Source: a bacterium (GTDB lineage: Bacteria > UBA8248). From it: a DNA stretch of 64,000 nt. The stretch is from the NCBI GenBank assembly GCA_965207065.1, contig OZ242260.1, positions 1,600,001 to 1,664,000 of the forward strand, read 5' to 3'. Below, piece by piece: positions 38,785 through 48,437 of the stretch (positions are counted from its first letter, which is position 1; each line of letters opens with the position of its first letter). The position numbers were made by a program, and so were the translations under genes. The notes below the pieces were generated by a model, which had not been told where the DNA came from, did not search any database, and saw only the letters and a program-made list of their open reading frames with translations.

Positions 38785-39425
38785 TCTTTCGCCCTCTCAA
38801 TGCGATTGCGCAATTCCCTTGTCGCGGCTTCCGGGTTTGGTGCCCCCATAACCGCGCCGATTACAGCTACGCCGGAGGCGCCGGCTTCGATGACGGGCTC
38901 CACGTTCTCGATACCGATCCCCCCGATGGCGACGGCGGGCAAACCAGGGGCATGTTCGATAATCCGCCGAAATCCTTCTGGCCCAATCGGCTCTCTCGCA
39001 TCGGCCTTGTTGCCCGTCGCGTAGATGGGACCTACGCCGATATAATCCGCATCCTCAGCGGCGGCTCGCGACGCCCATTCGGATTTTCCGGCTGTTACGC
39101 CATAAATCAACACATCTCCGCCTATCGCCCTGGCCCTCGGGAGCGGGAAATCCTCCTGTCCCAGATGCACCCCCTCCGCGCCACACGCCATGGCGACGTC
39201 CAACCGATCATTCACCGTCAAAGCACAGCCGGTTCCCTCCAGAGCATCTCGCAATTCATCAGCCAAGCGAATCATCTCCACACCACTCATATTTTTCTCG
39301 CGAAGCTGGACCATACCGGCCCCACTTATCGCGGCTGCCCGAACCGCGTCCCTCAGCTTCCATCCGGAAGCCTTCGCCAGAACCTTGCGGTCGGTAATGA
39401 CAACCAGCGATGGGTCGAATTTCAT
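38781..39425 (-). CDS. thiE: Thiamine phosphate synthase
   Basis: VQLREK, VNDRLDVA, GVHLGQED, DYIGVGP, AIGGI; overlaps thiL. Confidence 0.93.
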   Translation of the reverse strand: MKFDPSLVVITDRKVLAKASGWKLRDAVRAAAISGAGMVQLREKNMSGVEMIRLADELRDALEGTGCALTVNDRLDVAMACGAEGVHLGQEDFPLPRARAIGGDVLIYGVTAGKSEWASRAAAEDADYIGVGPIYATGNKADAREPIGPEGFRRIIEHAPGLPAVAIGGIGIENVEPVIEAGASGVAVIGAVMGAPNPEAATRELRNRIERAKE

Positions 39426-39614
39426 GGCGTCCCCCAAGCAGACAAGAGCAAAACTACCACGTTGATAATGAAACACGACTACCATGATAAGCAAGACAAT
39501 CCATGTTGAAGAATGCGTTTATCAATGAGAGGAGAAAAAATAATGAGGGATGTATCTCTTGCGTATTTCTTTCATGCTTGAGAATCTCTTCTTCTATCTT
39601 AAAAGGAGAGCATC

Positions 39615-40214
39615 ATGAGTTGGATCCAACCCATTTCTCCGGATGCCGTGGAGGGAGCAACAAAAGAAATTATCGAAGACCTGCGCAAGGCGAGAAAACC
39701 CATTCCAAAAATATTTCTCGAGATGGGAAGAAGACCCGGCATTTTGGCAGGGCGTGAAATGCTCCGCAATTCCGTACATGGCGGCTCGAGTCTCGGCACT
39801 AGGAGAGCGGAACTGCTTGCGTACTACGTGGCGGCTCATGGGGGCTGATACGGCTGAGCGATGAACCACGGGCAGTTGTTCCGTGACGCATGCGATGGTG
39901 TTTCCATCGCTGAAGTGGCTAAAGTACTAGACGACCCGAAGCAAGCGGATATCCTCGATCCCGCGGACCGAGTCATGCTCGACTATGCAGAGAAGATCAC
40001 ATACACGCCCCACGATATGGAAAAAACGGACATCGAGCGTTTGAGGCGCGTCGGCTTCAGCGAGGAGAATATCGTGGACATCATCGCTGCTGCGGTTTAT
40101 CGAAACTTCGCCAATTCCATAAACTACGCCTTCGGGCACGTGGAGCAAAACCCCGAAGGACCCGAGGAGTTGAATGCCGCCATCCAGAGGTTGAAAAAGA
40201 AGATTCGTGGCTAA
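39615..40214 (+). CDS. AhpD/carboxymuconolactone decarboxylase-family peroxidase, predicted selenoprotein with UxxU (TGA at 39846 and 39855), 199 aa
   Basis: ORFs 39615-39848 and 39861-40214 are in frame; readthrough gives ELLAYYVAAHGG-U-YG-U-AMNHG, aligned with the E-x11-CxxCxxxH AhpD motif. Confidence 0.75.
39858..39889 (+). promoter_or_regulatory. Putative bacterial SECIS hairpin
   Basis: CACGG-GC-AGTT-GT-T-CCGTG stem-loop with loop G 18 nt after the second UGA and 27 nt after the first; outer GCG/CGC pairing. Confidence 0.55.
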
Positions 40215-40950
40215 CAAATCACAAACCCTCTCATCTATATCGTATGTGGGCCTGTTCATATCGGGCACCTGCGCGCTGGCCGCTGCGGCTTCGGGACTGG
40301 GCCATCGCTGGGGATTTTGGCATTTCAGCACGGGGTTCCAGATTTTCAAGTCCGCATCCGTTATCGCTCTGATATCAGTCGCCGTATCCATGGCAGGTGG
40401 GCTATTTGCCCTGCGCGACGCCTCGAGATTGAGAACCGTCTGCGCCGCTCTCGGCATCGCGCTGGGTTTTACCGTAGCAGGTTTTCTGTATTCGCACATG
40501 CAAATTGCGAGACGGGTGCCCAAGATTCACGACATCACCACGGACAACCGAAACCCTCCCGCTTTTCAAGTCGTTCTTGCACTCAGAAAAGGAGCGAAAA
40601 ACCCTCCTGGGTATGAGGGGACGCGCATTGCGCGGCTCCAGATAAAAGCGTATCCGGACATCAAGCCAGTCACATTCCGGGATTCAAAAGAAGAAGTTTT
40701 CAAGCGCGCCCTCGACGCCGCACGCGCCATGGGCTGGCATGTGGTGTCATCCAAACCAACCGAAGGCCACATCGAGGCTTATGACACGACTTTCTGGTAC
40801 GGTTTCATCGACGACATCGTTATACGGATCACGTCGAACAGCGGGATGACGCGCCTCGATATCCGCTCGAAATCCCGCGTCGGCGTCGGGGACATCGGTG
40901 CGAACGCCCGGCGGATACGCGGCTTTTTCGAAAAACTGAAATTAAGATAA
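40207..40950 (+). CDS. DUF1499 domain membrane protein
   Basis: Three TMs then IHDITTD, AYPDIKP, IEAYDTTFWYGFIDDIVIR, DIRSKSRVGVGDIGANARRI. Confidence 0.88.
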   Translation: MANKSQTLSSISYVGLFISGTCALAAAASGLGHRWGFWHFSTGFQIFKSASVIALISVAVSMAGGLFALRDASRLRTVCAALGIALGFTVAGFLYSHMQIARRVPKIHDITTDNRNPPAFQVVLALRKGAKNPPGYEGTRIARLQIKAYPDIKPVTFRDSKEEVFKRALDAARAMGWHVVSSKPTEGHIEAYDTTFWYGFIDDIVIRITSNSGMTRLDIRSKSRVGVGDIGANARRIRGFFEKLKLR

Positions 40951-40969
40951 ACTCCGGTATACCAATTTC

Positions 40970-43354
40970 GTGATCGAGGACTCGTCAGGAAACGATAATG
41001 TCTTGAACATCAAGGTGAGGGCGCAATTGTCTGAATATCAGGTTCTGGGCAAATCCATACCGAGACTCGACTCCGCAGAGAAGGTCTCCGGTTACGCCGA
41101 TTTCGGCGATGATTTGAGAAGGCCCGGCTGCCTCACCGCGAAACTGCTCCTGAGCCCGCTTCCCCACGCCGAAATCAAAAAAATCGACACTACCGATGCC
41201 TTGAAAGTTCCCGGCGTACACGCCATCGTCACGGCGGATGATTTTTCCGGTATCCGCCACGGCAGGCTCGTGCGCGATGAACCACTACTCGCCATCGACA
41301 AGGTGCTTTACGTCGGCGAACGCGTGGCGGCCGTCGCCGCTGAAACCCCCGAAACCGCGCAAGCTGCGCTCGATAAAATTCATGTCGACTACAAGGTTCT
41401 CCCCGCTGTTTTCACGACAGACGACGCCATGAAGGACGACGCCCCGCTACTCCATGACGCGCTGGATGATTACGCATCGTTTCCGGGTATCGTGCGCTAT
41501 GGGAACGTGGCCGCCGATATTCTCATTCGATCCGGTGATCCCATAGAAAACGCGCTTGCGCACGCCGACTTCGTTTTCGAGGACGAATACGAAACACCCC
41601 GCGTTCACCAGAATTATCTCGAACCCCGCGCCATGCTCGCGGAGCCGGGGCCCGAGGACAGCACGACAGTCTATTCTCCCACCCAGGGGGCTTTTGTGGT
41701 GCGCGCCATCGCCTCGGAAATTCTCGCACTCCCCATGAACAAACTGCGCGTCGTGAGCACCCATGTGGGAGGCGCTTTCGGCGGAAAATCCCAACATCTG
41801 ATGGAAGCCCTGGCCGTTTTGTTGAGCAGAAAGTCGAACCGGCCCGTTCAACTGACGCTCAACCGCGAGGAGGAGACCATCACCGGAAACCCGAGGCACG
41901 CTTACCGTATGCGCTATCGCACGGGCTTGACGCGGGAAGGGAAAATCATCGCGCGCCACGTACAAATCACATCGAACAACGGCGCCTATTGCATGACGGG
42001 CCCAATGGTTTTGGGAAAATCCTGCTACACCAGCGCGGGGCCATATAAAATTCCAAATGTCAGGGTCGATGGTCTGCTCATATATACAAACCTTCCGCCC
42101 AGCGGCTCCTACCGGGGATTGGGCGTGGCGCAGGTCGCTTTCGCCTGCGAGCGTCATACCGACCGCATCGCTTCGGAACTGGAAATGGACCCGCTCGCCT
42201 TTCGGCGCCTCAACGGGATGGATGAAAACGACGAGGACCCCGCAGGCACGATTCTACAGAGCGTCAGCATCAAGGAAACACTCGATCGTGCGGGCAAGAA
42301 GGCGGGCTGGGGAAAGCAGAAAAAGAAAAACCGGAATGTCAGAATCAGGCGCGGGATAGGCATCGGCTGCGCACGCTATCCCACGGGTGGGGGAGCGTCG
42401 GGCGCCGTGGTGAAGGTGAACGAAGATGGGGGTCTGGCCGTGCTGGCCGGGTGTGCTGATTTAGGCACCGGGGCGGCTACTGTTATGGCGCAGGTGGCGG
42501 CGGAGGTGCTTGGAGCCGAAGTTCAGAAGGTGAGCGTTCGTATCGCCGACACCGAAACAACGCCCTTCGACGCCATCTCTGCGGGCAGCCGTACTACGTT
42601 CAACATGGCGCACGCCGTGCGAATGGCGGCGGAGGATGCCCGAGAGCAAATGCTTCGCCAAGCGGCGCGCATGCTCGAATCCTCCCCGGAAGACTTAAGT
42701 ATAGGCGAGGGAAACATTTTTGTGCGCGCCGCACCCTCACGCGCCATCGCGTTTTCCGAGGTGGCATTTTCGGCCGTATGGAAAGGCGACGGCCCCGTGA
42801 CCGGGCGCGGCTCCTACCGCGGGGAGAATCCCCCTCATCGTACGGACAACGTGCGTGGCCACCCGGAACCCTCAAGGCCTGGGCCCGAATTCGCCACCCA
42901 AATCGCCGAAGTCGAAGTCGATACCGAGACGGGAGAAACCAGAGTCTTGAGAATCACCAGCGCGCAGGACGTGGGCTTCGCCATGAACCCCCTCACCCTG
43001 AACGGACAGATAGAGGGCGGCATCGCCCAGGGGCTGGGCTGGGCGCTTGCCGAGCAGATCCACCACGAAGGGGGCATCATCGAACATGCGGATTTCGAGA
43101 GCCAGCTCAATCCCACGAGTCTGGACGTATCGGAAATCGCAAGCGTGATCGTGGAATCGCCCGACGTGGAAGGCCCCTACGGGGCCAAGGGGGCGGGGGA
43201 GATGCCGCTCATTCCGGCAGCGCCCGCGATTGTGAACGCGATCGCAGACGCCATAGGGGATCCGGCCAACCCGAACCTCAACAAGCTGCCGATTGCGCCC
43301 GAAGACATCGTTCGCGCAGTTCGCGACAAAAACGGTTCAGTATCCGTTTCCTAG
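40970..43354 (+). CDS. Xanthine dehydrogenase family molybdopterin-binding (large) subunit
   Basis: GKSIPRLD, SPLPHAEI, HQNYLEP, VGGAFGGK, SYRGLG, GQIEGGIAQGLG, GAKGAGE; true start may be about 41027. Confidence 0.92.
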   Translation: MIEDSSGNDNVLNIKVRAQLSEYQVLGKSIPRLDSAEKVSGYADFGDDLRRPGCLTAKLLLSPLPHAEIKKIDTTDALKVPGVHAIVTADDFSGIRHGRLVRDEPLLAIDKVLYVGERVAAVAAETPETAQAALDKIHVDYKVLPAVFTTDDAMKDDAPLLHDALDDYASFPGIVRYGNVAADILIRSGDPIENALAHADFVFEDEYETPRVHQNYLEPRAMLAEPGPEDSTTVYSPTQGAFVVRAIASEILALPMNKLRVVSTHVGGAFGGKSQHLMEALAVLLSRKSNRPVQLTLNREEETITGNPRHAYRMRYRTGLTREGKIIARHVQITSNNGAYCMTGPMVLGKSCYTSAGPYKIPNVRVDGLLIYTNLPPSGSYRGLGVAQVAFACERHTDRIASELEMDPLAFRRLNGMDENDEDPAGTILQSVSIKETLDRAGKKAGWGKQKKKNRNVRIRRGIGIGCARYPTGGGASGAVVKVNEDGGLAVLAGCADLGTGAATVMAQVAAEVLGAEVQKVSVRIADTETTPFDAISAGSRTTFNMAHAVRMAAEDAREQMLRQAARMLESSPEDLSIGEGNIFVRAAPSRAIAFSEVAFSAVWKGDGPVTGRGSYRGENPPHRTDNVRGHPEPSRPGPEFATQIAEVEVDTETGETRVLRITSAQDVGFAMNPLTLNGQIEGGIAQGLGWALAEQIHHEGGIIEHADFESQLNPTSLDVSEIASVIVESPDVEGPYGAKGAGEMPLIPAAPAIVNAIADAIGDPANPNLNKLPIAPEDIVRAVRDKNGSVSVS

Positions 43355-44637
43355 TTTTTCAGTTCGAATTTCTCATCATAGATATCAAAACTCGATGACG
43401 CCGCGTTGTCTCGCGCCTGTTTGATAAGCTTGTGCGAAAGATCAGAAATATTCTGGTTTTTCAGAAACTGGATATAGAAATCATGATAAAAGGCGTCGGG
43501 TCGCACGTGGACCCGCACCCTGAGTCTGGCGGCTCCTTCGCCTCGTCCCCTCCTGTACCGGAACGTGACAGATTCTTGAGGGGGAATACGCGTGTCATGG
43601 ATTTCACGGCTGAAATCGGACGAGAGTTTCCGCTCTATCACGTTGATCTGTCTTGAACCCGGTAAGGTTCGTCCGTCCTTATCCTCAAGTTCAGTGATGA
43701 CTTCCACCGAGGGCGTGATGTAGGTGGGAAAATAATGGCCGGCTCCCGAGTTCGTGAGCTTAATTTCGGCCGTCACGATTTCCCCGCGCGCTTCCGCTCC
43801 CAACGTAACGTCGATTTGCACAGCGCTTTGGGTCATATCCTTGTCATGTATGCCCCGCCACAGATGCGCGCGTCCTGGCATGTGGCAACTCTGGCAGGAG
43901 ACGCCCTCCTTGCCCCAAAGGGAGCTTTTCCACTCGTTATAAGTATTCTGAATCGACTTCCCGTTCGGCCCGGGAAACGTGTGCTGATGGCAACCCATGC
44001 AAAATTCAGCGCGGCTGAAAAATGGCGTGCGCTCCACACCGGCGTGCGCACCACTCTTCGTCGTATCGTTCACACCCTCTGGTGTCTCTGTCTTCTGTGG
44101 ACCATATACGCGCCAATCGCGCACATGGCATGCGGCGCAGGCCAGCCCGTGCATCTCCAGTTTTGGGTCGTGGACCGGGTTTTTCCGCCAGTTTGTAATT
44201 TGGCCCGCACCCAATTTCGCGCGCTTCTGCTGTTCCGCCAAGGGCGCATGGCACTCATTACAGCTTTGCGCTTGCTCGGGATTCGACTTCCACATATCGA
44301 CGAGTTGCCCGTATATGCCCGGACTCATCGCCTTGGCGTGAAGCGTGGTTTTCCACTGTTTGTACTGCTCGGGATGACAACTCCCGCAACTATCCGGCAA
44401 CAGAGAGCGTTCGGCGTCTTTGTATGATTTCGGCGCCTCGCCCATGGGGGGCAGAGGATAGCGGAAATGATCGTTCACGAAATCCCGCCAACGCTTCCAT
44501 TTGCCGGGAATCTCTTTTTTTTCAACAGCTTCGATGGGGGGGAAGTAGCTTTTTGATAATTTCGGGAAAACAGTCGGAAACGCGAAAAGAAGCATAGATA
44601 ATACTAAAGCCATGAATTTCAAGCGCATTTCAGACAT
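43351..44637 (-). CDS. Pentaheme c-type cytochrome (c554-like)
   Basis: N-terminal hydrophobic anchor; CGSCH, CNECH, CAACH, CMGCH, CQSCH; GAGHYFPT. Confidence 0.88.
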   Translation of the reverse strand: MSEMRLKFMALVLSMLLFAFPTVFPKLSKSYFPPIEAVEKKEIPGKWKRWRDFVNDHFRYPLPPMGEAPKSYKDAERSLLPDSCGSCHPEQYKQWKTTLHAKAMSPGIYGQLVDMWKSNPEQAQSCNECHAPLAEQQKRAKLGAGQITNWRKNPVHDPKLEMHGLACAACHVRDWRVYGPQKTETPEGVNDTTKSGAHAGVERTPFFSRAEFCMGCHQHTFPGPNGKSIQNTYNEWKSSLWGKEGVSCQSCHMPGRAHLWRGIHDKDMTQSAVQIDVTLGAEARGEIVTAEIKLTNSGAGHYFPTYITPSVEVITELEDKDGRTLPGSRQINVIERKLSSDFSREIHDTRIPPQESVTFRYRRGRGEGAARLRVRVHVRPDAFYHDFYIQFLKNQNISDLSHKLIKQARDNAASSSFDIYDEKFELKN

Positions 44638-44915
44638 CCTGCTCCGGCGGCCCGTCTGTTTATCCTGTTTGCTTTCACCCAACGACACTCGGCAGGCAAG
44701 TTATTGAAAAACCGAGAAATTGTAGCGCTGCCTCACGTCCGTATGCATTGTGAGCTTAAAGCCCTTTTTTTCTCAACAGGTTTGTTTCGACACAAATTTC
44801 ATGACTCAAAATTGGGAAATGACATCTCCCGGCATAGGTTTTACTTGCTTGATCGGATTGTATAGGTTGTCTGCCGGAATCATTGACACCCATACCAATC
44901 GAATCAGGAGTAAAA

Positions 44916-45368
44916 ATGAATTTCGCCATTCGACCTGCCACTATTCATGACGCAGAGAAAATCATCCAATTCAACATCGAGATGGCTCTGGAGAGTGAAA
45001 ACCTGCGCCTCGAGCCCGAGAAGGTCCGCCAGGGCGTGGAAAAATCGCTCTCCAATCCGTCGATGGGTCAATTTTATCTCGCGCACCGGGGTGATGAGAT
45101 AATAGGCCAGATCCGGGTCACCCTGGAGTGGAGCGACTGGAATAACGGCGATTACTGGTGGATCCAGAACGTTTACGTCATTCCTTCGGCGAGGAAACAG
45201 GGCGTCTACAGGGCCTTGCACCACTACGTAAAAAATCTCGCCGAACAAGCCGGCGCCTGCAGCCTCCAGCTATACGTCGACGCGCAAAACACGGCGGCCC
45301 AGGCGGTTTACAAGAACCTGAACATGTCGCAAAGCCATTATCTGATTTTCGAGCAGATGGAAGACTAG
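44916..45368 (+). CDS. GNAT family N-acetyltransferase
   Basis: IRPAT, EWSDWNNG, IQNVYV, RKQGVY, NTAAQAVYKNL. Confidence 0.9.
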   Translation: MNFAIRPATIHDAEKIIQFNIEMALESENLRLEPEKVRQGVEKSLSNPSMGQFYLAHRGDEIIGQIRVTLEWSDWNNGDYWWIQNVYVIPSARKQGVYRALHHYVKNLAEQAGACSLQLYVDAQNTAAQAVYKNLNMSQSHYLIFEQMED

Positions 45369-45408
45369 CCGGGAAGGTGAACAACACTCTCCCAATCGTG
45401 ACTGGAGA

Positions 45409-45885
45409 TTAGCCGCCTTCGCGATTTCTCTTGAGCGGGATGACATCCGCAGGTTTTTGCGCATCATCCCGTCGGCGTCCCCGCCAGTTGGAAGGCCAGA
45501 TATAGCGCACGCGCCACAGGGTTCTGGCCGCTCCTCCCACCGCCCACGTGAGCGTGCTGCCCGCGTCTCGCGTTCTTTTTCCCAGCGAGCGAAACACTTT
45601 CTTGCCGCCTTCCTCGCCAATGGAGACGAGGCGCGAGGTCGCCTCTCTCGCTGCGTCGATGGGCCGGAGTGCCTGCGCGATCACCTGGCGCAAAACCCAC
45701 TTCATCATCAGGCAAAACACGAAGGAGAGCGCGAAAAAGACACCCAGCACCTGGAGGCCGCGGGCGGGCTCATCCACTATCATGACGCTCATCTGGGCGA
45801 TGCCGTAAAACGCCAGGCCAATCATTCCCAGACAAACGGCGATAGCGCCTCCTGAGCGCACTATCAAGCGCAACATGCCAAACAT
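45409..45885 (-). CDS. Hypothetical two-TM membrane protein
   Basis: GGAGA RBS, two hydrophobic helices, basic tail. Confidence 0.55.
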   Translation of the reverse strand: MFGMLRLIVRSGGAIAVCLGMIGLAFYGIAQMSVMIVDEPARGLQVLGVFFALSFVFCLMMKWVLRQVIAQALRPIDAAREATSRLVSIGEEGGKKVFRSLGKRTRDAGSTLTWAVGGAARTLWRVRYIWPSNWRGRRRDDAQKPADVIPLKRNREGG

Positions 45886-46065
45886 GATCGTCTCCGAATG
45901 TCTGCGGACGCCGGAAAATACTTCTGATCCATCAAGAATACCCCATTTACAAAACCAAAAGCCAGCGCGGGCGTTTCATCTCCTAGGAGATGTTTCCGTT
46001 GACGCGCGCAACCTCTCGTTTTATGTTCACTACCCCGTAAGGAAACATCATGGAGGAGCAGCAAA

Positions 46066-47349
46066 TTGTTCGACATTCGCCTCATCAGAAACGACCCCGA
46101 AGCGGTGGCGCGCTCGCTCGCGCGAAGGGGCGGTGGTTGGGACCTCTCAGGCTTACTGGAAATCGACGCCCGAAGGCGGGATCTGACCCACCAGGTCGAG
46201 AGCCGGGTGGCCGACGTGAGAAAACGCAGCAAGAAAATCGGCGAGCTCAAGCGCAGCAAGGCGTCCGAAGAGGAGGTTGAGGCGTTTCTGGCCGAGAACC
46301 AGCGCTTGACGGCCGAGGCGAAATCCATGGAGGGCGAGCTGAGAGAACTCGAGCAAAAACAAAACGATGCTCTCCTGGAACTGCCCAACGCGCCGCATGA
46401 GACCACCCCCGAGGGCCAGTCTGCAGAGGAGAACGCCCTCGTGCGGGTCTGGGGCGAGAAGCCGGCGTTTGACTTCGAACCCAGGGCGCACGACGAACTG
46501 GGCGAGGCACTGGGCATTCTGGACATGAAGCGCGCCGCCAAGATAGCGGGCGCGCGGTTTGCGCTCTACCGGGGCGCGGGGGCGCGGCTGGAGCGCGCCC
46601 TCATCAACTTCATGCTCGATCTGCACACGAACGAGCACGGCTACACCGAGTGGCTCCCGCCCTTCATGGTGAACCCCGAGGCCATGACGGGCACGGGTCA
46701 GCTGCCCAAGTTCGAGGAAGACCTCTTCCGCGTAAATGACGGAAAATACTACCTTATCCCCACCGCCGAGGTGCCCGTCACGAACATCCACCGGGAGGAA
46801 ATCCTGGATGGCGGGGATTTGCCCCTGAAGTACACGGCCTACACCCCCTGTTTCAGGAGCGAGGCCGGCTCCTACGGCCAGGACACGCGCGGCCTCATCC
46901 GCCAGCACCAGTTCAACAAGGTCGAACTCGTCAAGTTCAGCCGCCCCGAGACGAGCTACGAGGAATTAGAGAGCCTGACCCTGGACGCCGAGAAAGTACT
47001 GAAACTACTTGGGTTGCACTACCGCGTCGTCACGCTGTGCGCGGGAGATCTGGGCTTTTCCGCCGCCAAGACGTACGACATCGAGGTCTGGGTGCCGTCC
47101 CAGAACACCTACCGGGAGATATCTTCGTGCAGCAACTTCGAGGATTTCCAGGCGCGCCGCGCGGGCATCCGCTACCGGCCCGGTGCGGGAGATAAACCAC
47201 TGTTTCTGCACACGTTGAACGGCTCGGGCCTCGCGGTGGGGAGGACGCTCGTGGCGATTCTGGAGAATTTCCAGCGCGCGGACGGAAGCGTGGCGATACC
47301 CGAAGCCTTGCGCCCCTACATGGGCGGAGCGGCCTCCATCCCGGCCTGA
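46066..47349 (+). CDS. serS: Serine--tRNA ligase
   Basis: [58 protein letters not shown] start after GGAGGAG. Confidence 0.98.
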   Translation: MFDIRLIRNDPEAVARSLARRGGGWDLSGLLEIDARRRDLTHQVESRVADVRKRSKKIGELKRSKASEEEVEAFLAENQRLTAEAKSMEGELRELEQKQNDALLELPNAPHETTPEGQSAEENALVRVWGEKPAFDFEPRAHDELGEALGILDMKRAAKIAGARFALYRGAGARLERALINFMLDLHTNEHGYTEWLPPFMVNPEAMTGTGQLPKFEEDLFRVNDGKYYLIPTAEVPVTNIHREEILDGGDLPLKYTAYTPCFRSEAGSYGQDTRGLIRQHQFNKVELVKFSRPETSYEELESLTLDAEKVLKLLGLHYRVVTLCAGDLGFSAAKTYDIEVWVPSQNTYREISSCSNFEDFQARRAGIRYRPGAGDKPLFLHTLNGSGLAVGRTLVAILENFQRADGSVAIPEALRPYMGGAASIPA

Positions 47350-47743
47350 AATCCGCGCAACTCCCCGCATTTGCCGTCATCGCATATGTAGCGGATCGTG
47401 GCAGGATTCCCCTGCGCCGCACTTCCGCGGCGTCATTTCCCAGGAAAATAAATAGCCGGAAACTTATCGATAAACCCCGTGAATTTATCGAAATTTATCG
47501 AATTTCTTGGATAAAACCCGACCGGGGAGGGAGGGTTTCCATATCTTTAAGCGAAACGCGCGGCTCCGTCATGATACTGAAATCCACCGAATCCATGCGG
47601 ACGGCAATTGCGGGGAAATGCGCCTTCGTCTCGATGAGGGCGCGGAGCCGGAGAGCAAGGTTTTCCGGCGTAAGTCGGCGGCGATTGCGGAAATGCGGGC
47701 GTCATGAAACGGGCGATGGGCGCAACCCTTTCCGGCGCTCCGC

Positions 47744-48214
47744 CTATTCGTTCACATGCCAGGCCTCGCGCATCGCGCAGCCGCCGGCCTTGTATAGATT
47801 GTACACCGGGCATCTGCGGAAATACGCCGCCTTGAGCGCTTCTATCTGCTCATCCGTCGCGTCGATCTCGAGCCATATCTCGCTGTGCGCCTCGGTGGGG
47901 TGCGATTGGTAGCCCTCCTGTCCCGCGATGCCCCTGGGGCTGTAGACGATGGCGGACTTCACCTTGAGGGAGCCGATTTCCAGCTTCGCGTCCTTGGCGC
48001 ATCTCTCCAGGATCACCGCGGTGCACCCCGCGAGCGAGGTGACGAGATAGTCCATGGGCGAGGGGCCCTCGCCCGAGCCGCCCAGGTGCTTGGGCTCGTC
48101 CATCACCAGGGTGTATCCGCGCATCAGGGTGACGACGCTCTTCGCTTGGCCCTTGAAGTCCGCTTCCGCCCAGTTCTCCGTGGTTTCGGGTATTTCCTTC
48201 GGCCGAATCGCCAT
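47744..48214 (-). CDS. OsmC family protein
   Basis: MDEPKHLGGSGEGPSP, SLAGC, RCPVYN. Confidence 0.88.
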   Translation of the reverse strand: MAIRPKEIPETTENWAEADFKGQAKSVVTLMRGYTLVMDEPKHLGGSGEGPSPMDYLVTSLAGCTAVILERCAKDAKLEIGSLKVKSAIVYSPRGIAGQEGYQSHPTEAHSEIWLEIDATDEQIEALKAAYFRRCPVYNLYKAGGCAMREAWHVNE

Positions 48215-48437
48215 TTCCTGCGCTCCTTTTGGTGATGAGAAATGAAATTTCCGTCCCGCCGCCGCATCCCCGCGGGTTTTCATCGCCCGCGTCTTTTAGC
48301 AGGGAATCCGGGGAAAGGGTAGCCGGGGTCAAACGCGCGTGAGGAGCGGGCGTTTGACGCGACCAATGCGGGAGGGTTCGCCGGAATGACGGGGTGAGAC
48401 CCCCGTAGGGGCGGACCGGTGTGTCCGCCCTTGGCCC

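Noticed and set aside
39841-39860. GGGGCTGAT resembling a tmRNA 5' end
   Set aside because: Lies inside the AhpD-like reading frame; no tRNA-like 3' end follows
47744-48214. OsmC (and glutaredoxin at 56814) as further selenoproteins
   Set aside because: Catalytic positions are ordinary Cys codons; no in-frame TGA
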